This document shows, in pieces, positions 28,763-37,600 of a stretch of DNA of 64,000 nucleotides; the first letter of the stretch is position 1; every line of letters starts with the position of its first letter. This DNA comes from a virus (Duplodnaviria; Caudoviricetes), in the IMG/VR virus record IMGVR_UViG_2933705211_000004, positions 5,884-69,883 of that record; one strand, written 5' to 3'. The position numbers were made by a program, and so were the translations under genes. A model generated the notes under the pieces. The model was not told the origin of the DNA, ran no database searches, and worked only from the letters and a program-made list of their open reading frames with translations.

Positions 28763-29224
28763 CTAGACGTAGGTGAATCCGTTGGGCTTGGCGACTGAAC
28801 CGCTGTCGTCGACGATGGTCACCGTCACGGGTCCGGCTGTGCCGGACGGGGTCTTCACGGTCAGTTCACCCGCCGACCGGATCTGCAACTCAGTGCCTGC
28901 AGTGCTGCCAAAGGTGATGGCGGAGATGCCGTCGAGGTTGTCGCCCTTGATGGTGATGGTCGTGTCACCGGCCGCAGGGCCATTGGCCGGGCTGATGCTG
29001 GTGACGGTGGCCGGGGCGAAGAGGCGGTCGATGACGGAACGCAGTGCGATGGTCCCGGCCGGGTACAGGAGGAACCGCTTGGATCCCTCTGGCTGTCCGT
29101 CGCCGCGGCCGTACGGCTCGGAGATGTAGATGTCCTGGGTGATGCGTACGGGTGGGTCGTCGAGTGCGGCGGCGGGCACCTCGGCCTTCGTGATGCGCGT
29201 GCCGTCCTGCCAGTAGAGGCCCAT
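28763..29224 (-). CDS. IPT/TIG (Ig-like) domain protein
   Basis: VTSISPANGPAAG.T.ITIKG.NL...FTY; has own RBS and promoter motif. Confidence 0.85.
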   Translation of the reverse strand: MGLYWQDGTRITKAEVPAAALDDPPVRITQDIYISEPYGRGDGQPEGSKRFLLYPAGTIALRSVIDRLFAPATVTSISPANGPAAGDTTITIKGDNLDGISAITFGSTAGTELQIRSAGELTVKTPSGTAGPVTVTIVDDSGSVAKPNGFTYV

Positions 29225-29587
29225 GAGTAGTCCTTCCTCGGGTGCGTTGATCGGGGAAGGGTGGGCGCTGCTGCGGGTTACGGTCGCGTCCTGGGTTTGC
29301 ACGACAGGCCGTCCCGGCGTGCACCGGCAGCCGTTGGCTTCGCTGCGGCGGCGGTGGCGGGCCACTGTGTACGCAGTGATCGCATGGCCGTGCTGGCTGA
29401 GTACGGTGGCGATGGCCGTGGCCGGGACAGTCGGGGTGTCCAGGATGCGGCGGAGCGTCGCCGCGGTCTCCTGATCGGTCTCCGCCAAGAAGGCGCCGAC
29501 ACTGCAGGGCGGACCCTTGCGGGGGGCAGGCGCGTCGGTGAGCGCCTCCAACTTCGCGGTCATCCCAACGAATTGCTTCTCAATCAC
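29225..29587 (-). CDS. small Cys/His protein reading in frame into the IPT gene
   Basis: GTG with GGAGG RBS; PCSV...ARHRRR...CRC; no stop before the IPT start. Confidence 0.6.
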
Positions 29588-29673
29588 CGGCGTTCCTCCA
29601 TGTCTCGACGTGCAGTAGTGGACGAGGGGAGGACAATTCCGTGATTCCGGGAACCTCCTCCCCTCGGGGGAAA

Positions 29674-30975
29674 TCAGCCGGTGGGCTGAGTCCACGACCC
29701 GATAACGAAGGACTCCGGTCGGGGAATCTCCAGGGCAACCCGCTCATCGGCGCGGAACGTGATCAACCCCTTTTCGAAATTGTCCGCATTCTCGCTGGAG
29801 ACGGTTACCGAAACATTCTCTCGGTCGTGAAGCTGGGCACCCAGTCCGAAGGCGCCGACGAGGAAGTCAGTGTCGGCCATCGCCGTGGTTTCGACCACGT
29901 TCAGGCGCCACACCTTCTTCTCTGCTCCAACTGCGATCTGCAGCGCCACGCGGAACGCTCCAGTCTTGTCTTCTTCGACCTCGACGTGCTCCCACATGCT
30001 CGGGCTCAGCACGATTCCGGTCGGCTCGTACTCGGCCAGAAGCGCCTTGGTGATGCTGCGCCTGATCTGCACGCTGTACTGGTCGCTGGGGAGCCCCTTG
30101 TACTGCTGAACTCCCGGAGTATTATAAATTCCGGTCAGAGACTGGCCGTCGCCAACCGAATGCAGAAGGTCCCAGTCTTCCTGATACTTGACGCCCTCAA
30201 CCATGCGGGTGTTGATAAAGGTCTTGAGTCGCGGCTCGTCGCTCAGAATGTTTTTATGTGCGTCCAAAAGGTGCGCAATTTCGCTGACCGGATACATCAC
30301 CGGGACGAGCGAGAGCTTCGAGCGCGGCGCCCGCCCCCACGTATCGGTCTCGGCTCCTGTAGCAGGACTGGTGCCGTCGGCGGCGTAACGTTCCTTCACC
30401 TGCCGGGCGTTATTGGTCCAGCCGGTCTCACGCGCGCCATAGAGCACGGCCTGCTTCGTGGAGGACTTGGGGAACAGGTCCCGGATGTGGAACTTGCGAT
30501 AGGCCCGCTCGGCGATTCCCAGGTTCTGAGCCGAACCGAGAGTCTGGTGCGTCACCGTGCCGGCCGAGAGCGAGAAGATGCTCTTGCCTTCCATCTCGGC
30601 TCGCAGGTAAGGCCGGTCACGGAAGCCTGCCTGGGACGCGTTCTGGAAAGCGTCGGACTCGACGAACAGGTCGCCCAGCGACTTCTCCTCCATGGCGGCC
30701 TGCGGGGAGCGCCCGTAGTGCAGCCCCGCCGTAGGCGGGCTGTCGGGGGCATCGAGGTACTGCTTGATCTCGTGCCAGCCCTCGGCGTCGGCGATGAGCT
30801 GCTTGATTTCCATCGCGTCGGCGGACACCTTCTTGAAGGCGGTGGCCTGTTCGGTGGTGACGACGAAGCCGCCGTTGTCCTCGACCTTGAACGCCTGGCT
30901 GATCCGCTCGGCTTCGGCGGACTTCTCGGCGAGCTGGGTCTTGAGACTCTTGAGGAGGCTCTTGTTCTCAGCCAT
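29674..30975 (-). CDS. major capsid protein, HK97 fold
   Basis: Coiled-coil delta domain, KSLGDLFVES, IRDLFP, NFEKGLITFRADERVAL...PESFV. Confidence 0.95.
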   Translation of the reverse strand: MAENKSLLKSLKTQLAEKSAEAERISQAFKVEDNGGFVVTTEQATAFKKVSADAMEIKQLIADAEGWHEIKQYLDAPDSPPTAGLHYGRSPQAAMEEKSLGDLFVESDAFQNASQAGFRDRPYLRAEMEGKSIFSLSAGTVTHQTLGSAQNLGIAERAYRKFHIRDLFPKSSTKQAVLYGARETGWTNNARQVKERYAADGTSPATGAETDTWGRAPRSKLSLVPVMYPVSEIAHLLDAHKNILSDEPRLKTFINTRMVEGVKYQEDWDLLHSVGDGQSLTGIYNTPGVQQYKGLPSDQYSVQIRRSITKALLAEYEPTGIVLSPSMWEHVEVEEDKTGAFRVALQIAVGAEKKVWRLNVVETTAMADTDFLVGAFGLGAQLHDRENVSVTVSSENADNFEKGLITFRADERVALEIPRPESFVIGSWTQPTG

Positions 30976-31226
30976 TGCGGGGCTGCTCTCCCTGGTGCTG
31001 GGTGCGGTTGACGTGCGTCGCTCGCCCGGCCAGCACCGGGACGACCCGACAACGCGGGTTATTTGAGAGAGCGGGAGTGCCTAATGTCGCGTGCTGCCGT
31101 TCCCCGGGAGGCGGGGAGCGGCAGCACATGGGCTCTGACCTGCTGTTTTGTTGTGTTCTGCGGGCGTGGTCGCCGATTAGGTGGGTGCGGCCGGCGCCAG
31201 GAGTGAGGCTGAGTCGCGGGCGTGAA

Positions 31227-33347
31227 CTACCCCTGGATCGCGGCGAGCTGGGCTTTTACCTCGTCGGCATCCAGACACACCGTGTCCTCACCTCCGCCCT
31301 CGTCCACGTCCTCACCGCCCTCGTCGTCGTCCGGCTCGGGGAGTTCGGGCAACGCGTCATGCGGTTCGTCCCACAGGTCGATGCCGCCGCCCGGGGGCGG
31401 AACCGGGGAGGGCTGCCCGCTCTCGTCCTGGTCGTCGTCGAGCGGCATGTCGAGGCCCTTGGACGCGAGTGCGGAGAGGAGTTCCCCGACGGTGGTCCGT
31501 ACGGGCTCCAACTGTTCGACGTCATCGGCGGCGTGGATGCGGACGGTGGCGTCGGCGAGAGCGCGGAGGGTCGGCTGTACAAGGCGGGTGTCCGTCGCCT
31601 CGTCGGTGGTGGCCTCGCGTGCCGGCCCCTGGTCGGGGATGACGACGGTGGTCAGCGCGACGGGCTGCGGGGTGCCGAGGGAAACTTCGGGCCCGGTCGT
31701 CTCGTACGGGACCGCATAGGTGACTGGCTCGGCACCGTGCTGGTGGACCGAGACGATTGTGCGGTCGGGATAGGTCGCCTCTACGCAGGCCCAGGTGTTG
31801 TCGTCGGCGGCGAGGAGGCGGCGTACGGCCTGCGTGACGCGCTCGCTGATCTGCTCGTAGGAGTCGGGGAGCGGCTGGATCTGCGGCACGGGGGCTCCGG
31901 TCGGGTCGGCGACGATGCGGGCTTTGGCTTCAAGGACGGCGGTGCGGGCACTCTTACTCTCGGCCGCGTGGGTGGCGGGATAGATCCCGAGAGCGTCGCG
32001 GTGCCTCAAGTTGCAGTAGCCCTTGGCGTTGTCGGGACTCATGTGGCGCCCTGCGACCGAGACGCACCGGTCGAAGTCCTCGGGGGTGCCCCAGGCGATA
32101 TGCGTGGCGCCTTCGCCGCGGACGTACCAGTGGCGGAGCTGCTCGGCATCGCCGCGATTCTTGTCGAGGCCGCCTGCGGCCTTGGCTTCCAGAACGGCGG
32201 CTCGGGCCGACTTGGCTTCCGGGCTCGCTCGCATTCCAAGATCATTTTTGTCCCATTGCGTGAGCCTGGTGCTGGGCGCGGCGGGTGGGCCGGTGAGACG
32301 GATAGGGGTGGCGTCTGGGCCGCGTACCACGTGCACCGTGTCGAAGGCGACTGGGGTCGCGGGCACGGGCGGCACGTCGTCGGGCAGGTCGTAGCCGAGG
32401 GTGACGTGCGGGCTGAAGCCGTGGCTGGTGCTCACCGCGCCGGACAGGGGCGAGGTGGCCAGTGACTGTGTGATGCGGTCGCGCAGTTCGTTCAGGCCCG
32501 GTATGTCGACGGGCACGAACACGGGCTCGCCGGCGCCCGAGTCGGGGAAGCGGCCGATGCCGCCGATCGTCCCGGAGAGCGGCTGAGCGTCCTGGAGCAC
32601 GTTGGCGACGATGCTGCTCAGGTCGTCGGGATGGCCAGGGAGTTGGTCTGCGTCGCCGAGGTAGGCGAGGGTGATGTGCAGGTCCCGGGCAGCCGTGCCA
32701 TCAGGGTGGACGATCCGCTGGGCGGCGTCCGGTGGCAGATAGAGGGCGACCATGACGCCTCGGCCCACCTGGACTTCGGCCGACTTGACGTCGAGGTACC
32801 CGCCGGACGCCGTCGTCTTGTGTTCCAGCTCGATGGCGCCGGGGTCGGACTTGACCTCCAGGCTCCGGGTCATTGGGTGGGCGCCGTGCAGCACCGGGGA
32901 GATCTCGTACAGGTCGAGCTTGTGGATCACACGGACGCCGTCGGAGCGCTTCGTCGCCCCGGAGGGCGGGACACGGTAGCCGATGGAGAACTGGGCCTCA
33001 CCGTGCTCGTGCCACTGGCGGACCTGCTCGTACACGTCCCGGCCACGCTGCGTACGCAAGTTGAACTGGATGGTCGCGACGAGCGCTCCGGCGGCGGCGG
33101 GCCAGTTCGGAATCTCGGCGAACCGGGCGTCGCCGGGCTGCCATTCCTCGATGTCCAGGACGACACCGATCGGCTTCTGCCACTCGTGGTGCCAGACCGT
33201 TTTCACGGGCCGGGTCGCCAGAGTATGGGCGAACGCACCGGGGACGATCAGGTCCGCGACCTCATCGACGACGCCAGTGACGGCGAAGATGGCCCGGCAG
33301 ATGCCCTTGCGGGACACCGGGGATCGGGACGTGGGGGCAGTCGGCAC
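31227..33347 (-). CDS. HK97-family prohead protease fused to 2H phosphoesterase and further domains
   Basis: DLIVPGAF, WHH...PIG, FSIGY, LYEISPV protease motifs; HITL and HVTL 2H motifs. Confidence 0.9.
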   Translation of the reverse strand: MPTAPTSRSPVSRKGICRAIFAVTGVVDEVADLIVPGAFAHTLATRPVKTVWHHEWQKPIGVVLDIEEWQPGDARFAEIPNWPAAAGALVATIQFNLRTQRGRDVYEQVRQWHEHGEAQFSIGYRVPPSGATKRSDGVRVIHKLDLYEISPVLHGAHPMTRSLEVKSDPGAIELEHKTTASGGYLDVKSAEVQVGRGVMVALYLPPDAAQRIVHPDGTAARDLHITLAYLGDADQLPGHPDDLSSIVANVLQDAQPLSGTIGGIGRFPDSGAGEPVFVPVDIPGLNELRDRITQSLATSPLSGAVSTSHGFSPHVTLGYDLPDDVPPVPATPVAFDTVHVVRGPDATPIRLTGPPAAPSTRLTQWDKNDLGMRASPEAKSARAAVLEAKAAGGLDKNRGDAEQLRHWYVRGEGATHIAWGTPEDFDRCVSVAGRHMSPDNAKGYCNLRHRDALGIYPATHAAESKSARTAVLEAKARIVADPTGAPVPQIQPLPDSYEQISERVTQAVRRLLAADDNTWACVEATYPDRTIVSVHQHGAEPVTYAVPYETTGPEVSLGTPQPVALTTVVIPDQGPAREATTDEATDTRLVQPTLRALADATVRIHAADDVEQLEPVRTTVGELLSALASKGLDMPLDDDQDESGQPSPVPPPGGGIDLWDEPHDALPELPEPDDDEGGEDVDEGGGEDTVCLDADEVKAQLAAIQG

Positions 33348-33406
33348 GGCGGGGAACCTCCGGCGGATGGACAGTAGGCCGCCGGGACCGTGCCGTGCCC
33401 GCCGGG

Positions 33407-33622
33407 CTACTGTCCTGTGCTCGCCTGCCCCGGCCCGGGAGCCGCCGCCTCGGCCGCGGTGCGGGCCTCCACCCATCCCCTGGTCCAGTAGCGCGCGCCG
33501 AACTGCTGCTCGGGGTCGGGGCTGTATTGGTCGTAGGGGCACGCGTCGGAGGGGTCCCCGGCGGCATGCGCGACCTTGCCCTCGTTGAGGAGCGCCAGAT
33601 AGGTCTGGCGGTTCAGGTCCAC
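33407..33622 (-). CDS. Rmf/CrpP-fold small protein
   Basis: EG..A...G.....CPY...W..GW pattern like ribosome modulation factor; AGGAG RBS. Confidence 0.65.
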   Translation of the reverse strand: MDLNRQTYLALLNEGKVAHAAGDPSDACPYDQYSPDPEQQFGARYWTRGWVEARTAAEAAAPGPGQASTGQ

Positions 33623-33633
33623 CGGTACGGCTC

Positions 33634-34266
33634 CTAACTCTGCCTCTGCTGGGGCGGGAACAACGGGTCCTGCCCGCCACGTTCGGCCGCCTGTTCTCCG
33701 CTGTCGCCCTGGGCGCGGCTGTGGGTGCGGGTCATCTGAGCATCGTCGACGTCGATGGCCCACACGTCCGGGTCGCTGTAGCGCCAGACCTGGCCGGTGG
33801 CATCCCGGACCCACCCGGTCAGTGTGCCGTCCGGCGCCTGATCGAGCCACGCCTCCTCCCCGTCGGCCCCCGTGTAGGCAGCGAACGCGTTTGCCGGGTC
33901 GGTCTCGTCGCCCTCGTCGTACATGTCGCCGGACCACGGGCGGGCATCGTCCTCTTCAGGGGGCGGCGCCTGCCCGCTGTCGTCGGCCGCTGGGTCGCTG
34001 CCGCTCTCTGGAGAGGCTGGCTCGGCATCCTGCGGGGCGCTCGGATCACCGGAGTTGGTCTCGGTGCCGTCGCTGTTGTCCTGAGCAGCGGGGCCCTGCT
34101 CTGCTTCGCCGCCGGTGCCGGGTGCTCCCGGCGGGGCGTCGGCCTCGATGTCCTCTGCCGAGCCCGCGTCCACTGTGTCCTCGGGCTTGGTGTCCTCGTC
34201 TTCATCGTCCACGAACGGCTTGCCGCCCTTGGGGAGTGCCTTGATGGCGAATCCGTATCTGGTCAC
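33634..34266 (-). CDS. acidic hypothetical head-module protein
   Basis: Leaderless GTG 7 nt from promoter -10; Trp-rich C-terminal domain. Confidence 0.75.
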   Translation of the reverse strand: MTRYGFAIKALPKGGKPFVDDEDEDTKPEDTVDAGSAEDIEADAPPGAPGTGGEAEQGPAAQDNSDGTETNSGDPSAPQDAEPASPESGSDPAADDSGQAPPPEEDDARPWSGDMYDEGDETDPANAFAAYTGADGEEAWLDQAPDGTLTGWVRDATGQVWRYSDPDVWAIDVDDAQMTRTHSRAQGDSGEQAAERGGQDPLFPPQQRQS

Positions 34267-34327
34267 GTGCCGCAGGGTGGGGTGGCCGTGGGCTTAATGT
34301 CCTGTGCCAACTGCGGTCACAAGATCA

Positions 34328-34603
34328 TCAATCCAATGGTGCAAGCCGGGCTGGGCCCTCCGTCCTCTCGCCCGACTCGACGACGTTGCTGTAACGACGA
34401 AGGACGGCGAGAACCGACTTCTCGTCATCGCCAATCACGGTGCGCAGGGGGCCTGCCGGCGTCAGCAGGATCGACTCGCCCGCGTGCAGCTCGACGAGGG
34501 CCGCCGCGCGGGCAGAGCCGATGACCGGCCGGTCCGGTTCCCCGGTGACCTGCACCTGGTAGGCGGACCCGTCGTCGAACCGGCCGGTGACGGTGAGCGT
34601 CAT
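34328..34603 (-). CDS. hypothetical protein coupled to the giant gene
   Basis: AAGGAG RBS immediately after the giant ORF stop. Confidence 0.65.
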   Translation of the reverse strand: MTLTVTGRFDDGSAYQVQVTGEPDRPVIGSARAAALVELHAGESILLTPAGPLRTVIGDDEKSVLAVLRRYSNVVESGERTEGPARLAPLD

Positions 34604-34614
34604 CGTCGTCTCCT

Positions 34615-37600
34615 TCATCGCGTGGCGAGCAGGCCGAGGAGGAACGCTCTCAAGTCGTCGTCCTCGTACCAGTCGCCGGTGAACATGGCCTGCAGAGATC
34701 GAGCGAGGCTGTCACCCGTGTCCGTCTGCGTCAGCTGCCGGTGCTGATGCAGGAGGCGCCCCAGGGCACTGTCGTCGAGCGTGCGGGCGCCGGGCCGCCC
34801 GGTGTGCGTACGGGTGAACCAGAACACTCGCTGTGCGGCGTCCAGGTCCGGGAGGTGACCGGCGAGGTGCTGCCCGAGGACGTATCCGGCCGTGCCCAGC
34901 CCCTCGTCATCGAGGTCGGCGATCGTGGCGCGGCGGGCGTCGGGCTCGTAGCGGGCTTCGTCGCCGTCCACGGCGGTGAGCCTGCGCCCGTCAGGCGTGG
35001 CGAGCCAGTCCCGGGGGATGAGGCGCTGCGCACCGGGTACGGCGCGCTCGGCGTCGGGGGTGGTGTCCGGGCTGAACACGATGCCCGCGTTGCCCTGGGG
35101 GCCGAGATCGCGGATGCCGGCCAGGGCCGCTGCGACGGCGTCGGGCACCGCGGCGGCATAGCGGGAGCGCAGCTCCTCCCACTCACGGCGGGCGGCCGAG
35201 GCCTCCATGCGGGCAGCCGCTATCTCCACCTCGACGTCCGGGTCCTGGATGGTGCTCGTCGTGCGCGCGGCCTGGAGGTTGAGCAGACGCCGCTCCGTTG
35301 CGGCCATGTAGTCGTCCGCGTGCTGGAGCGTGCCGTGCGGGTCGTGGCCGAAGTCGTCGCCGAGCGTGTCGGCCAGACGCCGGGTCACCTCCCGGTCGAC
35401 ATCTGCGCCGACCGACCGCAACGCGGCCATGTGCCGCAGCGCGGTGAGGCCAGGCCCGCCGTCGGCGGCGCGGTCAGGTATCCACCGGGTCTCGCTGGAG
35501 CGGCCGGGGAGCCTGCCCGCGGCGAGCTGCGTCCATGTCGTGGGCCTCCACCAGGAGACGCGACGAGACGCCTGCCCGAAACGGCCGCGTTCGGGCAGCA
35601 GGCCCGCCCACTGCGACACCCTCGCGGCCAGCGACTCGCCTTCGACGTCCGGAAGGTCGAGCGCGGCGTTCAGGCGCGCCAGACGGCGGGACTCCGGCCA
35701 GTCGCGGACCCGGCGCACCAAGCGGCGCAAGAACGCCTTCAGGCGGGAGATCCGGTCACGGCTGTTGTGCCACAGCTCGGCGATCTTCCGACCGACCGCC
35801 TTCACCAGCTCGATGAGGCGACGCCCGATGCTCCCCAACAGGGCGATTGCCTGGGCGAGGAAGCCGGGCTGCGGCCCGTTCCCCGGGGCTGTGGCGGCGG
35901 CGCGGCGGACGATGCGCTGAGCGGTGGCCTGGCGGGTGCCGTTGAGCTGCGCCGCCAGGAGCCGGGTCAGCGCGGCGGTGTCGGCCGGGTCCGTCCCGGT
36001 CTCGCCGAGCTGCCGCAGGAGCGAGGTCACCGCGTTGTTGACGTGGGTGGTGGCGTCGTCGGACCCATGGATGTCCGGCGCGCTACGACGACGCGACGAC
36101 GAGGAGGGATCGGCCTGGTCCGGGATGAGCCGCAGCAGGTCTGCCGCGCGCTGGGCCAGGTCCTCGTTGGACTCGCCGGGGAGGGGTTCGAGGTCGTTGA
36201 CGGTGCGCAGTGCGGCTCGGACGGTTCGCTCGTGCGCCTTCTCTCGGGCCCGGCGGAGGGCCTGTTGCACAGAGGCGCGGTCGCGGCCGGTGATGCCCGC
36301 GGCGGTCAGCGCGGCGTTCCCTTCCTGGCGGGCCGCGTTGCGGGCGTCGTGCAGGGCCTCGGGGGTCAGGCGCTGGGCGATCTGGTCGCGCAGCGCATGA
36401 ATCTCGCCGGGCGGTTCGGTCCCGGCCACGGCCTCGTCGATGATGCGCACGGCCACCGTACGGCTGTGATTCGAGACGATCTGGCGCCGCACTGACGCAA
36501 TCGGCGAGTTGGGGTCACGCGGGGCCGGAGCGGGCGCCGAGTCCGGGACGGTGCTGTCGGTGCTGACGGGAGCGGGCTCGGGGAGCTGCCACACGGGCAT
36601 GGCCGCGTGGACGAGGCGACGCTTCCACTGCCGGTTCTCGTCCTCCAGGAGGAGCCTGCGCACCCCGCCGGGGCCCTCCTCCACATCGAGGACTCGGTAG
36701 ACGTGGACCTCGTCGCCACGGCGTTCGTCGGGCATGGCGATGACGTCGCCTTCGCTGATCTGCGCGGCGTTGGAGGGGCGTGGGCGGTCGAGGCCCTCTG
36801 GCGCGGTGCGGCCGGCGGCGAGGTCGAGGTGGTCGGCGGCGCGTAGGGCAGCCCGCCCCTGGGGGGTGGACGGGTCCGCGTTCGCCCGGAGCTGCGCGGC
36901 GAGGGCAGCGGCCTGGTCCGGGGTGACAGGGAGGTCGGCGCCGAGCCGGGCGGCGGCCTGCTGCGCCTCGGGGGTGTCTTCGGGGGTGGTGCCGTTGTCG
37001 GCGATGGCGTCGCGGTCGGCCGGAGTGAGGTCCGGGTCGACCGTGGGGCCGGTGACGGGGTCGAGGGCAGGCAGCGGCTGGTGGACCGTGAGGTCGTCGG
37101 CGGCGCTGGGGGCGTCGTCCGGGCCAAGGTCGGGGGCTTCGCCGTTCGGCCCTTCGGCCTTGTGGACGACGGCCGTTGCGTCCATGTCGATGGTGCCGAG
37201 CTCGCCCGTCGTGGTGTCGGCGTAGTCGAAAGTGATGCGGTCGCTGTCGCGGTTGGTGTCCCGGATCTCCACTGTGGCCGGGGTGCCGTCGAGGTCGAGC
37301 ACGATGATGTCGCCCGTGGTGACCTCGTCGGCGGTCGGCTGGCTGATACCGGTGATGGGCGCGGTCGCGGGGGTGTCGTCGCGGACTTCGCCGACGACGC
37401 GGAGGTCCGCAGCGCTGCGGGTCACGGTCCCGTCAGCGGTGGTCACCGTGATGCGGTCGCCGTCGGTCTCGTCGACTGGGCCAAGGAGTGCACCACGGTC
37501 GTCGGCGACGACGTGGCCGGGCCGGATCCGCTGGCCCGTCGTGGTCCAGCCCTCGGGCCGGGCGCCCGTCGATTCGCTGATGTTCAGGGAGGACGGGGCG

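Noticed and set aside
30100-30290. AT-richer patch in the capsid gene
   Set aside because: Frame intact and protein typical; at most a recombined segment, not quantifiable by eye.
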